This document shows positions 36,761 to 45,006 of a DNA stretch of 46,108 bases, piece by piece. Position 1 is the first letter of the stretch. Each line of letters begins with the position of its first letter. The DNA comes from an uncultured Nitrospira sp. Its GTDB lineage: Bacteria; Nitrospirota; Nitrospiria; Nitrospirales; Nitrospiraceae. The stretch lies in NCBI GenBank assembly GCA_964552455.1, contig CAZKHY010000001.1, positions 1 to 46,108 on the forward strand. The letters are read 5' to 3'. Position numbers and translations under genes: made by a program. A model generated the notes under the pieces. That model saw only the letters and a list, made by a program, of their open reading frames with translations, searched no databases and was not told the DNA's origin.

Positions 36761-37390
36761 GTGAGTTTCCGCAACAAGACAGAGGGGCTCGCTCCTGCCT
36801 TGGAAGGGGCGGCGCAGTTTCTGGTGGTGCGCTGCGGGCGGACCTGGCTTGCGCTAGCTGCGGACATCGTCCGCGGCATTGTTGAGCCGGCGGGCGCCGT
36901 AGGGGCGGAAGCTGCGACCCTGCCCGCAATGGCGTGTCCTCTGACGGATCTGGCCGCCCAGCTCGGACTGTCGAGTGAGACCCCGTCGCCGGAGGCAAGA
37001 GTGGTTTCGTGCGCGATCCATGAGAGGCGCCGCGCACTGCTCGTTGACCGGGTGGCCGGTCTCTGCGACGTGGAGACCAACCGGATCCGTCCGCTTCCGC
37101 CGCACTTCACCGGTTCCGAGCGGAGGTGGATCACCGGGCTGTTCCTGTTTCAGGAGTCCGTTGCGCTTGTGCTGGATTCAGGCTGGCTGGTTGGGCCCGA
37201 GGGCACGGCGTCCGGTCAGGCGGTCATCGTGGAGCAGGCTCCTCGTCCGGTGGCGGAGAGCCCGGAGTCTTGTGATCCGGGGGGCAGCGCCCTTGTGGAG
37301 GATGTCGTAGCCCTCACCGGGACGGGGTTGGAGCGCGTGGAGTTTGAGGAGGCCGGCGATGCGGAAGACATCCCTTGGGCCGACCTCTAA
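36761..37390 (+). CDS. CheW-like domain protein (divergent)
   Basis: Contains QFLVVRCGRTWLALAADIVRGI...LLVDRVAGL.DVE...I.PLP. The start is GTG. Confidence 0.55.
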   Translation: MSFRNKTEGLAPALEGAAQFLVVRCGRTWLALAADIVRGIVEPAGAVGAEAATLPAMACPLTDLAAQLGLSSETPSPEARVVSCAIHERRRALLVDRVAGLCDVETNRIRPLPPHFTGSERRWITGLFLFQESVALVLDSGWLVGPEGTASGQAVIVEQAPRPVAESPESCDPGGSALVEDVVALTGTGLERVEFEEAGDAEDIPWADL

Positions 37391-37880
37391 GGTGCCCCAG
37401 CACTGGTCGCTCGTGGTCTTTTCCGTGGGGGGGCGGCGTGTGGCGGCCAAAACGGAGGAAGTGGGCGGGGTCTTCCCCTGGACCGACGCGATGCCGGTTC
37501 CAAGCGAGACGGACGGTGTGAAGGCGGTCGCGAGGCATGGCGAGGAGGTGCTGCCGGTCTACGATCTGGCCGGTCGGCTGCACGTCCGGGCCAAAGGCGC
37601 GGCGTTCCTCTGCCTCGTTGCGAAGCGCCGGGACGGCCGGATGGCGATCTGCATCGACGACGAGGTTCCCACCATACGGACTCTGGACGCCGCCGCCGTC
37701 AGGCCCGCAGGCGGAGACTCCGACGTGGTGGGGACCTGCCTGCTGGAGATGGAAGAGGTGCCGATTTACTCGCTGGCGACGTTAGGGCTCCTATCCACAA
37801 GGCCGGATTCGATCGGGCCAACCGGGCGGAGACAGGGCGCGGAATTCAGGACATCCCATGCCGAAGATTCTGGTGGCTGA
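37359..37880 (+). CDS. CheW-like domain protein (divergent)
   Basis: Contains LVVFSVGGRRVAAKTEEVGGV...G.....GEEVLPVYDLA...ICIDDEV. The RBS GAGGAGG lies 6 nt upstream. It overlaps the previous gene by 32 nt. Confidence 0.55.
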   Translation: MRKTSLGPTSKVPQHWSLVVFSVGGRRVAAKTEEVGGVFPWTDAMPVPSETDGVKAVARHGEEVLPVYDLAGRLHVRAKGAAFLCLVAKRRDGRMAICIDDEVPTIRTLDAAAVRPAGGDSDVVGTCLLEMEEVPIYSLATLGLLSTRPDSIGPTGRRQGAEFRTSHAEDSGG

Positions 37881-38628
37881 CGACAGCATCGCGGTCCGGA
37901 AGGTCGCGGAACGGCTCTTGGTCGGAGCGGGCCTTGAGGTGGTCCTGGCCGCGAATGGCGAAGAGGCCCTGACTTGGTTGGCGAACGAGCGGCCGGACCT
38001 CATCGTTTGCGACGTCATCATGCCGGATAAAACCGGCTACGACGTGTGCCTCTTTGTCAGGTCCCATGCGATCCTTTCCGAGACCCCGGTGCTCTTGATA
38101 TCCGGGATCGTCAACGAGGAGGTCACCCGCCAGGCCGGGTCCTGCCGCGCCGACGGCCTGCTGAAGAAGCCCTTTCAAGGCACCTCGCTGCAGGATTGCG
38201 TCCTGGAGCTTCTCGCGAAGCGGCGGACCCAGCCGGCCAATCACGAGGCAGCCTCTCCCGCTGCCACCCAGGCGGCCACAAGCCCCAAGGTCTACCGGAT
38301 CACGGAGGAACAACTGCAGGCCTTCCGTCATGCGACGACTCGGATCAAGGAACTGGAAGCTCTCGCGGCGCAGGAACGAGCCAAGTCCGCGGAGTTGGCC
38401 GGTCCGTTGCCGGTCCCAGGCCGCGCCGACGAACGGGTCGCGGAACTGGAGGGGCTGCTGGCACAGGAGCGGGAGCGGTCCGCCTTCCTGCTGCAACGGG
38501 TTCAGGAAATGGAGCGTGCCGCCTTGCGGGCGGACGAGCAATTGGAAGCGGCGACTCGCACGCTGGCCGAAATCGCTCGTCTTGCCGCCCGGCCAATGAA
38601 GGCGGAACCGTCGGTCAGCCACGAGTGA
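37858..38628 (+). CDS. Response regulator receiver with C-terminal coiled-coil extension
   Basis: Contains ILVADDS, DLIVCDVIMP and LLKKPF, then a ~120-aa Ala/Glu/Arg-rich heptad-like tail (ELEALAAQERAKSAEL, ELEGLLAQERERSAFL). Confidence 0.85.
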   Translation: MPKILVADDSIAVRKVAERLLVGAGLEVVLAANGEEALTWLANERPDLIVCDVIMPDKTGYDVCLFVRSHAILSETPVLLISGIVNEEVTRQAGSCRADGLLKKPFQGTSLQDCVLELLAKRRTQPANHEAASPAATQAATSPKVYRITEEQLQAFRHATTRIKELEALAAQERAKSAELAGPLPVPGRADERVAELEGLLAQERERSAFLLQRVQEMERAALRADEQLEAATRTLAEIARLAARPMKAEPSVSHE

Positions 38629-38681
38629 TTCGCTTGGTTGTCCCTTCCCCGGCTCATAGGGCAAACGGATCGGAACCGACC

Positions 38682-39725
38682 ATGGCTGCAAGCCCACAGG
38701 ACGATCCATTTCTGGAAGAAGTCATCGGGCTGTTCGTGCAGGAAGCTCAGGAATGGCTCGCCCAGATCAACGATGCGCTGCTGGAACTGGAACGGGGACA
38801 GGCCCCCGAACGGGCGACCAAGCAGTTCGAGATCATGCTCCGCGGGTTGACGAACCTCGGCGGATCTGCAGCGACGGTCGAGGTGAAAACCGTTGAACGG
38901 GTGGCGCTTTCGTTGGTGCCTCTGTTGCAGGCTTTGCAAAGCCGGGGGGGCAGGACCGCAGGGGACCGGTTCGCCATCGTGCGCGAAGGCCTCCAGGCGG
39001 TCGCGTCCGCAATCCAGGATGCCACCGGGGCCGAAGCTCGTGCAGGCAGCGGTTTCGATCACCTGCTCCAACGAATTGTCGACGCCACGGTCGCGCAAGG
39101 GGCCACCGCACCGGTGCCGGGGCAGCCGTCTTGCCCGAGGCCGGAGGAGCAAGACCCGGCGGTTCCTTCTCGATCCTTCTCGGTCATGGACGTGCTTCTG
39201 AATCTTCGACGAGGCCCTGCCTCCTCTTCAGAGCATTCCAGGCATGTTCTTGAAACGGTCCTCCAGAGGGTTCGCGCCGATTCTGATCGCGGAACCGGGG
39301 CCGTTGATCTGCTCCCATCCGTTCTGCATGTTCTCCGAGAGCTGAAAAGGCTGGATGAACTGTTTCTGGTTGAGCTGGAGCAGCGGCTGCCCGAGATCAC
39401 CCGGGGTTTTCACGGCCTCAAGGCCGAGTGGGCCGCCGGCCGGGTGCCGTCAGACAGGGTGGCGAAGATGTTAGGGGAGACCCGATGCCTCCATGAAGTC
39501 GCCAGCAACGCGGGGGCCAGGGAGGCGGCGCTGTTCTTTGCCGGGCTCCAAGTCTTTCTTCAGGTGGCTGCCCGCAGGCATGTTGTGATCCCGCCGCAGC
39601 GGTTCGATGCCGTGGAGTCCCGTCTCAGAGACATCATTCCCCTTGCCAAGCAGTGGGTTGATTTGGGCCTGGTTGAGCGGACGGCGATTGAAACGGCCCT
39701 CAGCGAAGGCGCGCCCTGCCACTGA
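38682..39725 (+). CDS. Hypothetical protein with Hpt-like four-helix-bundle segments
   Basis: The N-terminus (FLEEVIGLFVQEAQEWL...MLRGLTNLGGSAATV) looks like Hpt but has no His at the expected site. A C-terminal segment (RCLHEVASNAGAREAALF) keeps a His. The assignment is tentative. Confidence 0.4.
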   Translation: MAASPQDDPFLEEVIGLFVQEAQEWLAQINDALLELERGQAPERATKQFEIMLRGLTNLGGSAATVEVKTVERVALSLVPLLQALQSRGGRTAGDRFAIVREGLQAVASAIQDATGAEARAGSGFDHLLQRIVDATVAQGATAPVPGQPSCPRPEEQDPAVPSRSFSVMDVLLNLRRGPASSSEHSRHVLETVLQRVRADSDRGTGAVDLLPSVLHVLRELKRLDELFLVELEQRLPEITRGFHGLKAEWAAGRVPSDRVAKMLGETRCLHEVASNAGAREAALFFAGLQVFLQVAARRHVVIPPQRFDAVESRLRDIIPLAKQWVDLGLVERTAIETALSEGAPCH

Positions 39726-40242
39726 TTTTTTTCTCCGGGTCTGGTCATCCCCCGCTGCTTACGCACTGAATCAAACGTGACGGCAAAGCAACGACTTGCT
39801 GCTGATCATGGCCCAGCATGTTGTGGCTGTCCGTGCAACCCCCAACAAGATACATAAGCCGATGAAATTGCTATGCTTGAGTAGCACAAAATTTGTGCAC
39901 TCTGCTACAAGGTGCTGCGTTGCTGATCGGGAAAAGTTGATTCACAAGATTATCCCCAGCCCATCCACAAATTTTGTGGACAGAAATTTTTTCCTCCGCG
40001 TCGCCGATTTCACCGAACACTTGTTGGGCGCGGTTGTGAAAAGCCGGGAGCGATGAAAGGCTTGCTGCAGGCTGTTTTTCCGAGCCGGAGCATCGCGCCC
40101 CTGCGTGAAGATTGGAGAAAAAAACAAGCCTGAGCCGATTGCCTTTCTGCAAGCAGATTTTGTCGCTTGTGCACATGAAATCACGCCTCAGCAGAGAGGA
40201 AATTGCCGGCCGGTAAGAGGATGGGCCGCGCGCTTTTGTCAG

Positions 40243-40271
40243 TTCAAATTACCCCGGCCGGTTGATATAAT
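40243..40271 (+). promoter_or_regulatory. Sigma-70-like promoter for yacG
   Basis: TTCAAA, a 17-nt spacer, then TATAAT (40266-40271). The first ATG lies only 12 nt downstream. Confidence 0.4.
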
Positions 40272-40282
40272 CCCACATCGCC

Positions 40283-40486
40283 ATGAGCATGAGCATGAAA
40301 CGTACGATCCGCTGCCCCCTCTGCCGACGGCCTTGTTCGTGGGAGCAGAATCCGTGGCGCCCGTTTTGTTCGAAGCGCTGTCCAATTATTGACCTCGGTG
40401 CCTGGGCTTCTGAGCGGTATCGCATCCCGATCAAGGCGTCGGACTCCGCCCCCGAAGAATCGCCGGAGCAACAAAGTCATTCCTGA
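40283..40486 (+). CDS. yacG: DNA gyrase inhibitor YacG (zinc finger)
   Basis: CPLCRRP..W..NPWRPFCSKRC..IDLGAWASERYRIP is the characteristic YacG signature. Confidence 0.8.
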   Translation: MSMSMKRTIRCPLCRRPCSWEQNPWRPFCSKRCPIIDLGAWASERYRIPIKASDSAPEESPEQQSHS

Positions 40487-40522
40487 CCGGCCGTTTGGGT
40501 CCTGGGACTGAGCAATTACTCC

Positions 40523-41059
40523 ATGCCGAAAATCATCACTGCCAAGCGGCTTGAAGGCGAGACCGAGCAGGCCAGGGAATATGTGAAGACCCACATCTTG
40601 TTTCCGTCCGGCGTGCTGGGGCTGATCCTGCTGATTGCGGGGACCGGGTCGCTCGTGTACCAGTTCATGTTCGAGGCCTACGGATGGAAAACGTTCCTTG
40701 AAAGCACCGTGCTGCTGCTGGCGGGCGCGCTGATCGGATGGGCCCAGACCCGCTACCACAAGTATGTGCTGCGGGAGCATCCGGGCTATTTTGCCGGCCG
40801 GTTGAGGACCTTCACGAGGACCGGGCCGAAACGATCCAAGCGGGAGGCCCCGGCCTCCGAGCTTCGACATTGGGGACGCAACTGGGTTCCGCTCTACTAT
40901 CTGCTGGGGGCGGGCGCGCTGCTCGGCGCGTCCTTGGCCAGCTCGATTCTCGGCCAGGTCTATTACATGGCGGCCTTCCTGATGCCCTGGGCCGGGTTTT
41001 TCTGGGCAAAGATGTTCTTTTGGCGGGGATTGCTGACGCAGGGCAGAAGTGAACAGTGA
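40523..41059 (+). CDS. Integral membrane hypothetical protein
   Basis: It is 178 aa with four predicted hydrophobic helices. No family was recognised. Confidence 0.5.
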   Translation: MPKIITAKRLEGETEQAREYVKTHILFPSGVLGLILLIAGTGSLVYQFMFEAYGWKTFLESTVLLLAGALIGWAQTRYHKYVLREHPGYFAGRLRTFTRTGPKRSKREAPASELRHWGRNWVPLYYLLGAGALLGASLASSILGQVYYMAAFLMPWAGFFWAKMFFWRGLLTQGRSEQ

Positions 41060-41079
41060 AACGGCGCGAGTAATGGGGG

Positions 41080-42162
41080 TTACTTGCGGTTGGCGTCTTT
41101 TCTCTTGGGGCTTGCGCCGGTGGCGCGAGCTTCGAGCGTCTTGACGCGCTGTTCCAAGTCTCGCAGGAGTTGCCGCAGTTCCGGCAGGCGGGGGATGACG
41201 GCCTGGGCCTTGATGGCGACCTCATGCGGCATGACCGGCGCGCCTGAGACGATCTGGTTTGAGGTCAGGCTGCGGTTGACCCCGGAGCGGGCTGCGATCA
41301 TGACCTGATCGCCCACCTGGATATGGTCGGCGAGCCCTGCCTGTCCCCCCACCACGACATGGTGCCCCAGGGTCGTGCTGCCGGCGATCCCGACCTGGGC
41401 CACCAGGATGGAATCCTCCCCGATCGAGACGTTGTGGGCGATCTGGACCAGGTTGTCCACCTTGGTGCCCCGCTTGATGACCGTCTGGCCGAACGTGGCC
41501 CGGTCCACCGTCACGTTGGCTCCCAACTCCACGTCGTCTTCGATCCTGACGGTTCCCACCTGGGGGATCTTGTGGTGACGGCCCTCCTGCATCACGTAGC
41601 CGAACCCGTCGCTGCCGATCACCGTGCCGCTGTGGATGATGACCCGGGAGCCGATGAGGCAGCCCTCTCCCACGGTCACGTTGGGATAGAGCAGGGTGTC
41701 GTCGCCGATCACCGCGTCCTGTCCGATGAACACGCCCGGATAGAGGGTCACGCGCGCGCCGATCCTGACCCGGTCGCCCAGCGTCACGAAGGGCCAGATC
41801 GAGGCGTCGGGGCCGATCTGCACGTCCGTTCCCCGGGCGATCTGCTCCGAAACGCCGCGGGGCTTGTCCGGGCTGGTGAAAAACCGCTGCACGAGGCCGG
41901 CAAAAGCGTACTTGGGGTTGGCCACCACGAGCTGGGGCCGATCCAACTCGGGGAGGTGGCGGCCCACGACAAAGGCGGAGGCGCGTGAGACGAGCGCGGC
42001 CTTGACGAACCGGTCCCCGTCGACATAGGCCAAGTGACCCGGTTCGGCTTCCTCCAGGCTGGAGGCGCCGGTGACGACGGCGTCGGCCCGGCCGATGAGC
42101 AGTCCTCCAACAGCCTCGGCGATCGTCTCCAGCGGAATCTTGTTGGGTCGGTAGCGCGACAC
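41080..42162 (-). CDS. lpxD: UDP-3-O-acylglucosamine N-acyltransferase
   Basis: Has the LpxD N-terminal domain plus left-handed beta-helix hexapeptide repeats (IG....I......IG) at 360 aa. Confidence 0.9.
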   Translation of the reverse strand: MSRYRPNKIPLETIAEAVGGLLIGRADAVVTGASSLEEAEPGHLAYVDGDRFVKAALVSRASAFVVGRHLPELDRPQLVVANPKYAFAGLVQRFFTSPDKPRGVSEQIARGTDVQIGPDASIWPFVTLGDRVRIGARVTLYPGVFIGQDAVIGDDTLLYPNVTVGEGCLIGSRVIIHSGTVIGSDGFGYVMQEGRHHKIPQVGTVRIEDDVELGANVTVDRATFGQTVIKRGTKVDNLVQIAHNVSIGEDSILVAQVGIAGSTTLGHHVVVGGQAGLADHIQVGDQVMIAARSGVNRSLTSNQIVSGAPVMPHEVAIKAQAVIPRLPELRQLLRDLEQRVKTLEARATGASPKRKDANRK

Positions 42163-42168
42163 CGCTCG

Positions 42169-42501
42169 TTACCTTTTTTTCTTGGCTTTGTTGGAACGGG
42201 CGGGGGCTTTGCCGCGGGGCTTGTCGGCCTTGGGGGAGGAAGGTCCGGGCGAAGGCGGCGCGAGCCGTCCTTCCACGTAGGCGGTGACGTCGGCGACCGT
42301 CACGAGCCTGTACAAGTCCTCGTCGGGGATCTGCAAATCGAAGGCCTCTTCGATCCGGAAGAGCAATTCGATGGTGGCCATGCTGTCCAGGCCCAGGTCG
42401 TCGCGCAGCGCATGGCGCGGCTCGATCGTCCGCGCGTCCCGCTTGAGGTACTCCGCCAGCGCAGTCTGAATCCGGGTCGCGATCACAGTGTCAGGAGCCA
42501 T
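42169..42501 (-). CDS. Acyl carrier protein with ~30-aa Pro/Lys-rich C-terminal tail
   Basis: Contains the phosphopantetheine site DLGLDSMATIEL. The tail reads PPSPGPSSPKADKPRGKAPARSNKAKKKR. Confidence 0.8.
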   Translation of the reverse strand: MAPDTVIATRIQTALAEYLKRDARTIEPRHALRDDLGLDSMATIELLFRIEEAFDLQIPDEDLYRLVTVADVTAYVEGRLAPPSPGPSSPKADKPRGKAPARSNKAKKKR

Positions 42502-42564
42502 TGGGAGTCCTTCGGAAGGTTGTTCGATTGTGCTTGCCGGCTGGCCGTTGATCCGTCGGGGACG

Positions 42565-43818
42565 TCAGCGGTACTTCCTGAAGACGACCGCCGCATTGTT
42601 GCTGCCGAACCCGAAGGCGTTCAGGAGCGCGACCTTCACCGGCCGCTCCTGTCCCTTCATCGAAATTCCCCGGAGCGCACAGGCCGGGTCCGGGTCTTCG
42701 TAGTTGGCCGTCGGGTGAATCTGACCCGTTTCGATGGCCAGTGAGCAAGCCAGGGCCCCGATCGCCCCGGCGGCCCCCAGGGTATGGCCGATCAGGGACT
42801 TGGTTGCGTTGACCGCGATCTTCTCCGCCCTGGTTTTGAAGACTTGGCGGATGGCCTTGACTTCCACCGCATCGCCGATTTGGGTGGAGGTGGCGTGGGC
42901 GTTGATGTAGTCCACCTGAGCCGGCGTCACGGCGGCGTCCTTGAGGGCCAGACGGATGGTGGCGGCGACTTCCTGCCCGTCTTCGCGCGGGATCACCATG
43001 TGATGGGCCTCGCTGGTTGCGGCGTAGCCGGCCACTTCGGCATAGATCCGGGCCCGGCGCTTTTGCGCGTGAGCCAGGGATTCCAGGATCAGCGCCCCGG
43101 AGCCTTCGCCCATCACGAATCCGTCGCGGGCCCGGTCGAAGGGGCGCGACGCCCGGTCCGGCTGATCGTTGAACCCCGTGGAGAGAACCCGCAGCGAGCA
43201 GAATCCGGCGAACACCAGCGGCGTGATGCTGGCGTCGGCCCCTGCCACGATGACCACATCGGCCTGCCCGGACCTGATGCAGGTCAAGGCCTGGCCGATG
43301 GCGTGGGCGCTGGAGGAGCAAGCGGTGGAGATGGTCAGGTTGGGCCCCTTGGCTCCCTGCGCCATCGCCACGATGCCGGAGGCCGAATTGAGCGTGATCG
43401 TGGGGATGAAATTGGGATGAACGCGGTTGGGTCTCTGGCCCTGATACAGTTGGGTGATCTCCCGTTCCCCCATCACCATCCCGCCCATGCCGGCGCCCAC
43501 GATGACGCCGACCCGGTGCGGCTGCTCCCGCTCCATGCGGAGACCGGCATCGGCCACCGCCTCGTTCGTGGCGGCCAGGGCGAACTGGGCATAGCGATCG
43601 ACGCGGTCCGCGTGGATCGCGTCGGGAAACCGGACGGAGTCGAAGTCCAGCACCTGCCCCGCCACGCGCGATCGGTAGGCTTCCAACGGAAAGCCGCCCA
43701 GGGGCCTGATGGCGGTGATGCCGGACCGGCCTTCCAGGGCCGCTTTCCAAAAGGGCCCGACCCCGATCCCGATCGGGGACACGATGCCGAGGCCCGTTAT
43801 TACGACTCTAGTGTTCAT
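42565..43818 (-). CDS. Beta-ketoacyl-ACP synthase II family (FabF-like)
   Basis: Contains the active-site Cys (STACSSS) and His-His (EAHHM, NAHATST), plus GFGSNNAAVVF. Confidence 0.9.
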   Translation of the reverse strand: MNTRVVITGLGIVSPIGIGVGPFWKAALEGRSGITAIRPLGGFPLEAYRSRVAGQVLDFDSVRFPDAIHADRVDRYAQFALAATNEAVADAGLRMEREQPHRVGVIVGAGMGGMVMGEREITQLYQGQRPNRVHPNFIPTITLNSASGIVAMAQGAKGPNLTISTACSSSAHAIGQALTCIRSGQADVVIVAGADASITPLVFAGFCSLRVLSTGFNDQPDRASRPFDRARDGFVMGEGSGALILESLAHAQKRRARIYAEVAGYAATSEAHHMVIPREDGQEVAATIRLALKDAAVTPAQVDYINAHATSTQIGDAVEVKAIRQVFKTRAEKIAVNATKSLIGHTLGAAGAIGALACSLAIETGQIHPTANYEDPDPACALRGISMKGQERPVKVALLNAFGFGSNNAAVVFRKYR

Positions 43819-43912
43819 GTGCGCCTTTTCTTCCTTATGTCGGCTTTTCTTCTTTTACCCCAAGCTCCCCGGTCAGTCAACCGGGCACGGCCGCGGCGGC
43901 GGAGTCCCCGGG

Positions 43913-45004
43913 CTATTGCCGAACCTTCAGAAACAGGTAAAGGCCGAACGACAGAAACAAGAGGTTCGCGATCCAGCCGGCCATGAGCGGCGCCAGGGCG
44001 CCGCTGCGTCCGAACGCGATGGCGACCGAGTGGGTCGTCCAGTACAAAAATCCGATGACCAGCGCCTGGCCGATGCCCACGGCCATCCCGCTTCCGCGCA
44101 CGCCGCTCCGCCGCAGGCTCAGAGCGATCCCCACGATGGTCATGACCAGACAGACGAAGGGGAAGGCGATGCGCCCGTAATAGTCGGTCAGCATGCGGGC
44201 GAAGCTGTAGCCGTCCTTGCGCAAACGGTCGATGTAGGATCGGAGGGCCGGCAGCGTCATCTCTTCCGATTCCACCACGGCCCAGGTGTTGAAGTCTTCG
44301 GGGGTCTGGGACATCCGGATCGGTTTGGCGTGAAATCGCTCCGTCACCAGCCGACCGTCCGGCAGCAGGCTGCGGCTGACGCCCTTGTGCAGCACCCATC
44401 CCTCCGGGCCGTAGCGCACGTCGGCCGCCTCCGTGATTTCGGCCAGCCTGAAGTCCGGTCCGAGCTGATAGAGGCTGATGCCCCGCAGTATCGCGCCGTC
44501 CGGCTCCACGACCTCGATGTTCATGAGGGTGTGATTGTCGATCTGAATCCAGGGGCGGTCGGCCTTGAAGGTGGCCAGCCCGCTCTTTTTCTCGATCTGG
44601 GCCGTTTTGACGTATTCGGCCTGAGCCGTGGCGTAGGGCATGACCCAGGCGCTGATCCCGAACAGCACCAGCGACACGGTCAGCGAAAAGGCCACGAAGG
44701 GGAAGGCGATCCGGTAGAGGCTGATCCCGCAGCTCCGCATCGCGGTGATCTCGTGGTTGCGCGAAAGCATCCCGAGGGCCAGGAGGGTGGCCATCAGGAC
44801 CGCCAAAGGGGCGATCTGGAACGTGATGCTGGGGGTGCGGAGGGCGAAGTAACCCAGAATGGTCAGCAGTTCCGCATCGTAGCGGATGAACTTGCGGACT
44901 TTTTCAAAGAAATCCACCACCAGGTAGACCGTCATCAGCCCGGCGAAACACATCAGGAAGACCTTGCTGTATTCACGGAGGATATAGCGAAAGAGGATGG
45001 TCAT
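43913..45004 (-). CDS. lptG: LPS export ABC permease LptG
   Basis: Shows the YjgP/YjgQ family pattern (ILFRYILREY...VVDFFEK) with six TM helices and a periplasmic beta-jellyroll insert. Confidence 0.8.
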   Translation of the reverse strand: MTILFRYILREYSKVFLMCFAGLMTVYLVVDFFEKVRKFIRYDAELLTILGYFALRTPSITFQIAPLAVLMATLLALGMLSRNHEITAMRSCGISLYRIAFPFVAFSLTVSLVLFGISAWVMPYATAQAEYVKTAQIEKKSGLATFKADRPWIQIDNHTLMNIEVVEPDGAILRGISLYQLGPDFRLAEITEAADVRYGPEGWVLHKGVSRSLLPDGRLVTERFHAKPIRMSQTPEDFNTWAVVESEEMTLPALRSYIDRLRKDGYSFARMLTDYYGRIAFPFVCLVMTIVGIALSLRRSGVRGSGMAVGIGQALVIGFLYWTTHSVAIAFGRSGALAPLMAGWIANLLFLSFGLYLFLKVRQ

Positions 45005-45006
45005 GA

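Noticed and set aside
39726-40282. Calling this region the chromosomal replication origin (oriC) or a dif site
   Set aside because: The DnaA-like boxes are imperfect (7-8 of 9). No dnaA or dnaN is nearby. Genes on both sides run in the same direction, and gene orientation converges at about 41.07 kb rather than diverging. No XerC/D-type 11-6-11 dif motif was found. It is kept only as an unexplained regulatory or structured region.
39796-40392. Small ORFs in the lower-GC gap (39796..40056 +, 39871..40176 -, 39942..40184 -, 40105..40392 +)
   Set aside because: They lack an RBS and use poor start codons. Their composition is atypical for the genome, and their apparent internal repeats only mirror the DNA palindromes. 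The last one overlaps yacG out of frame.
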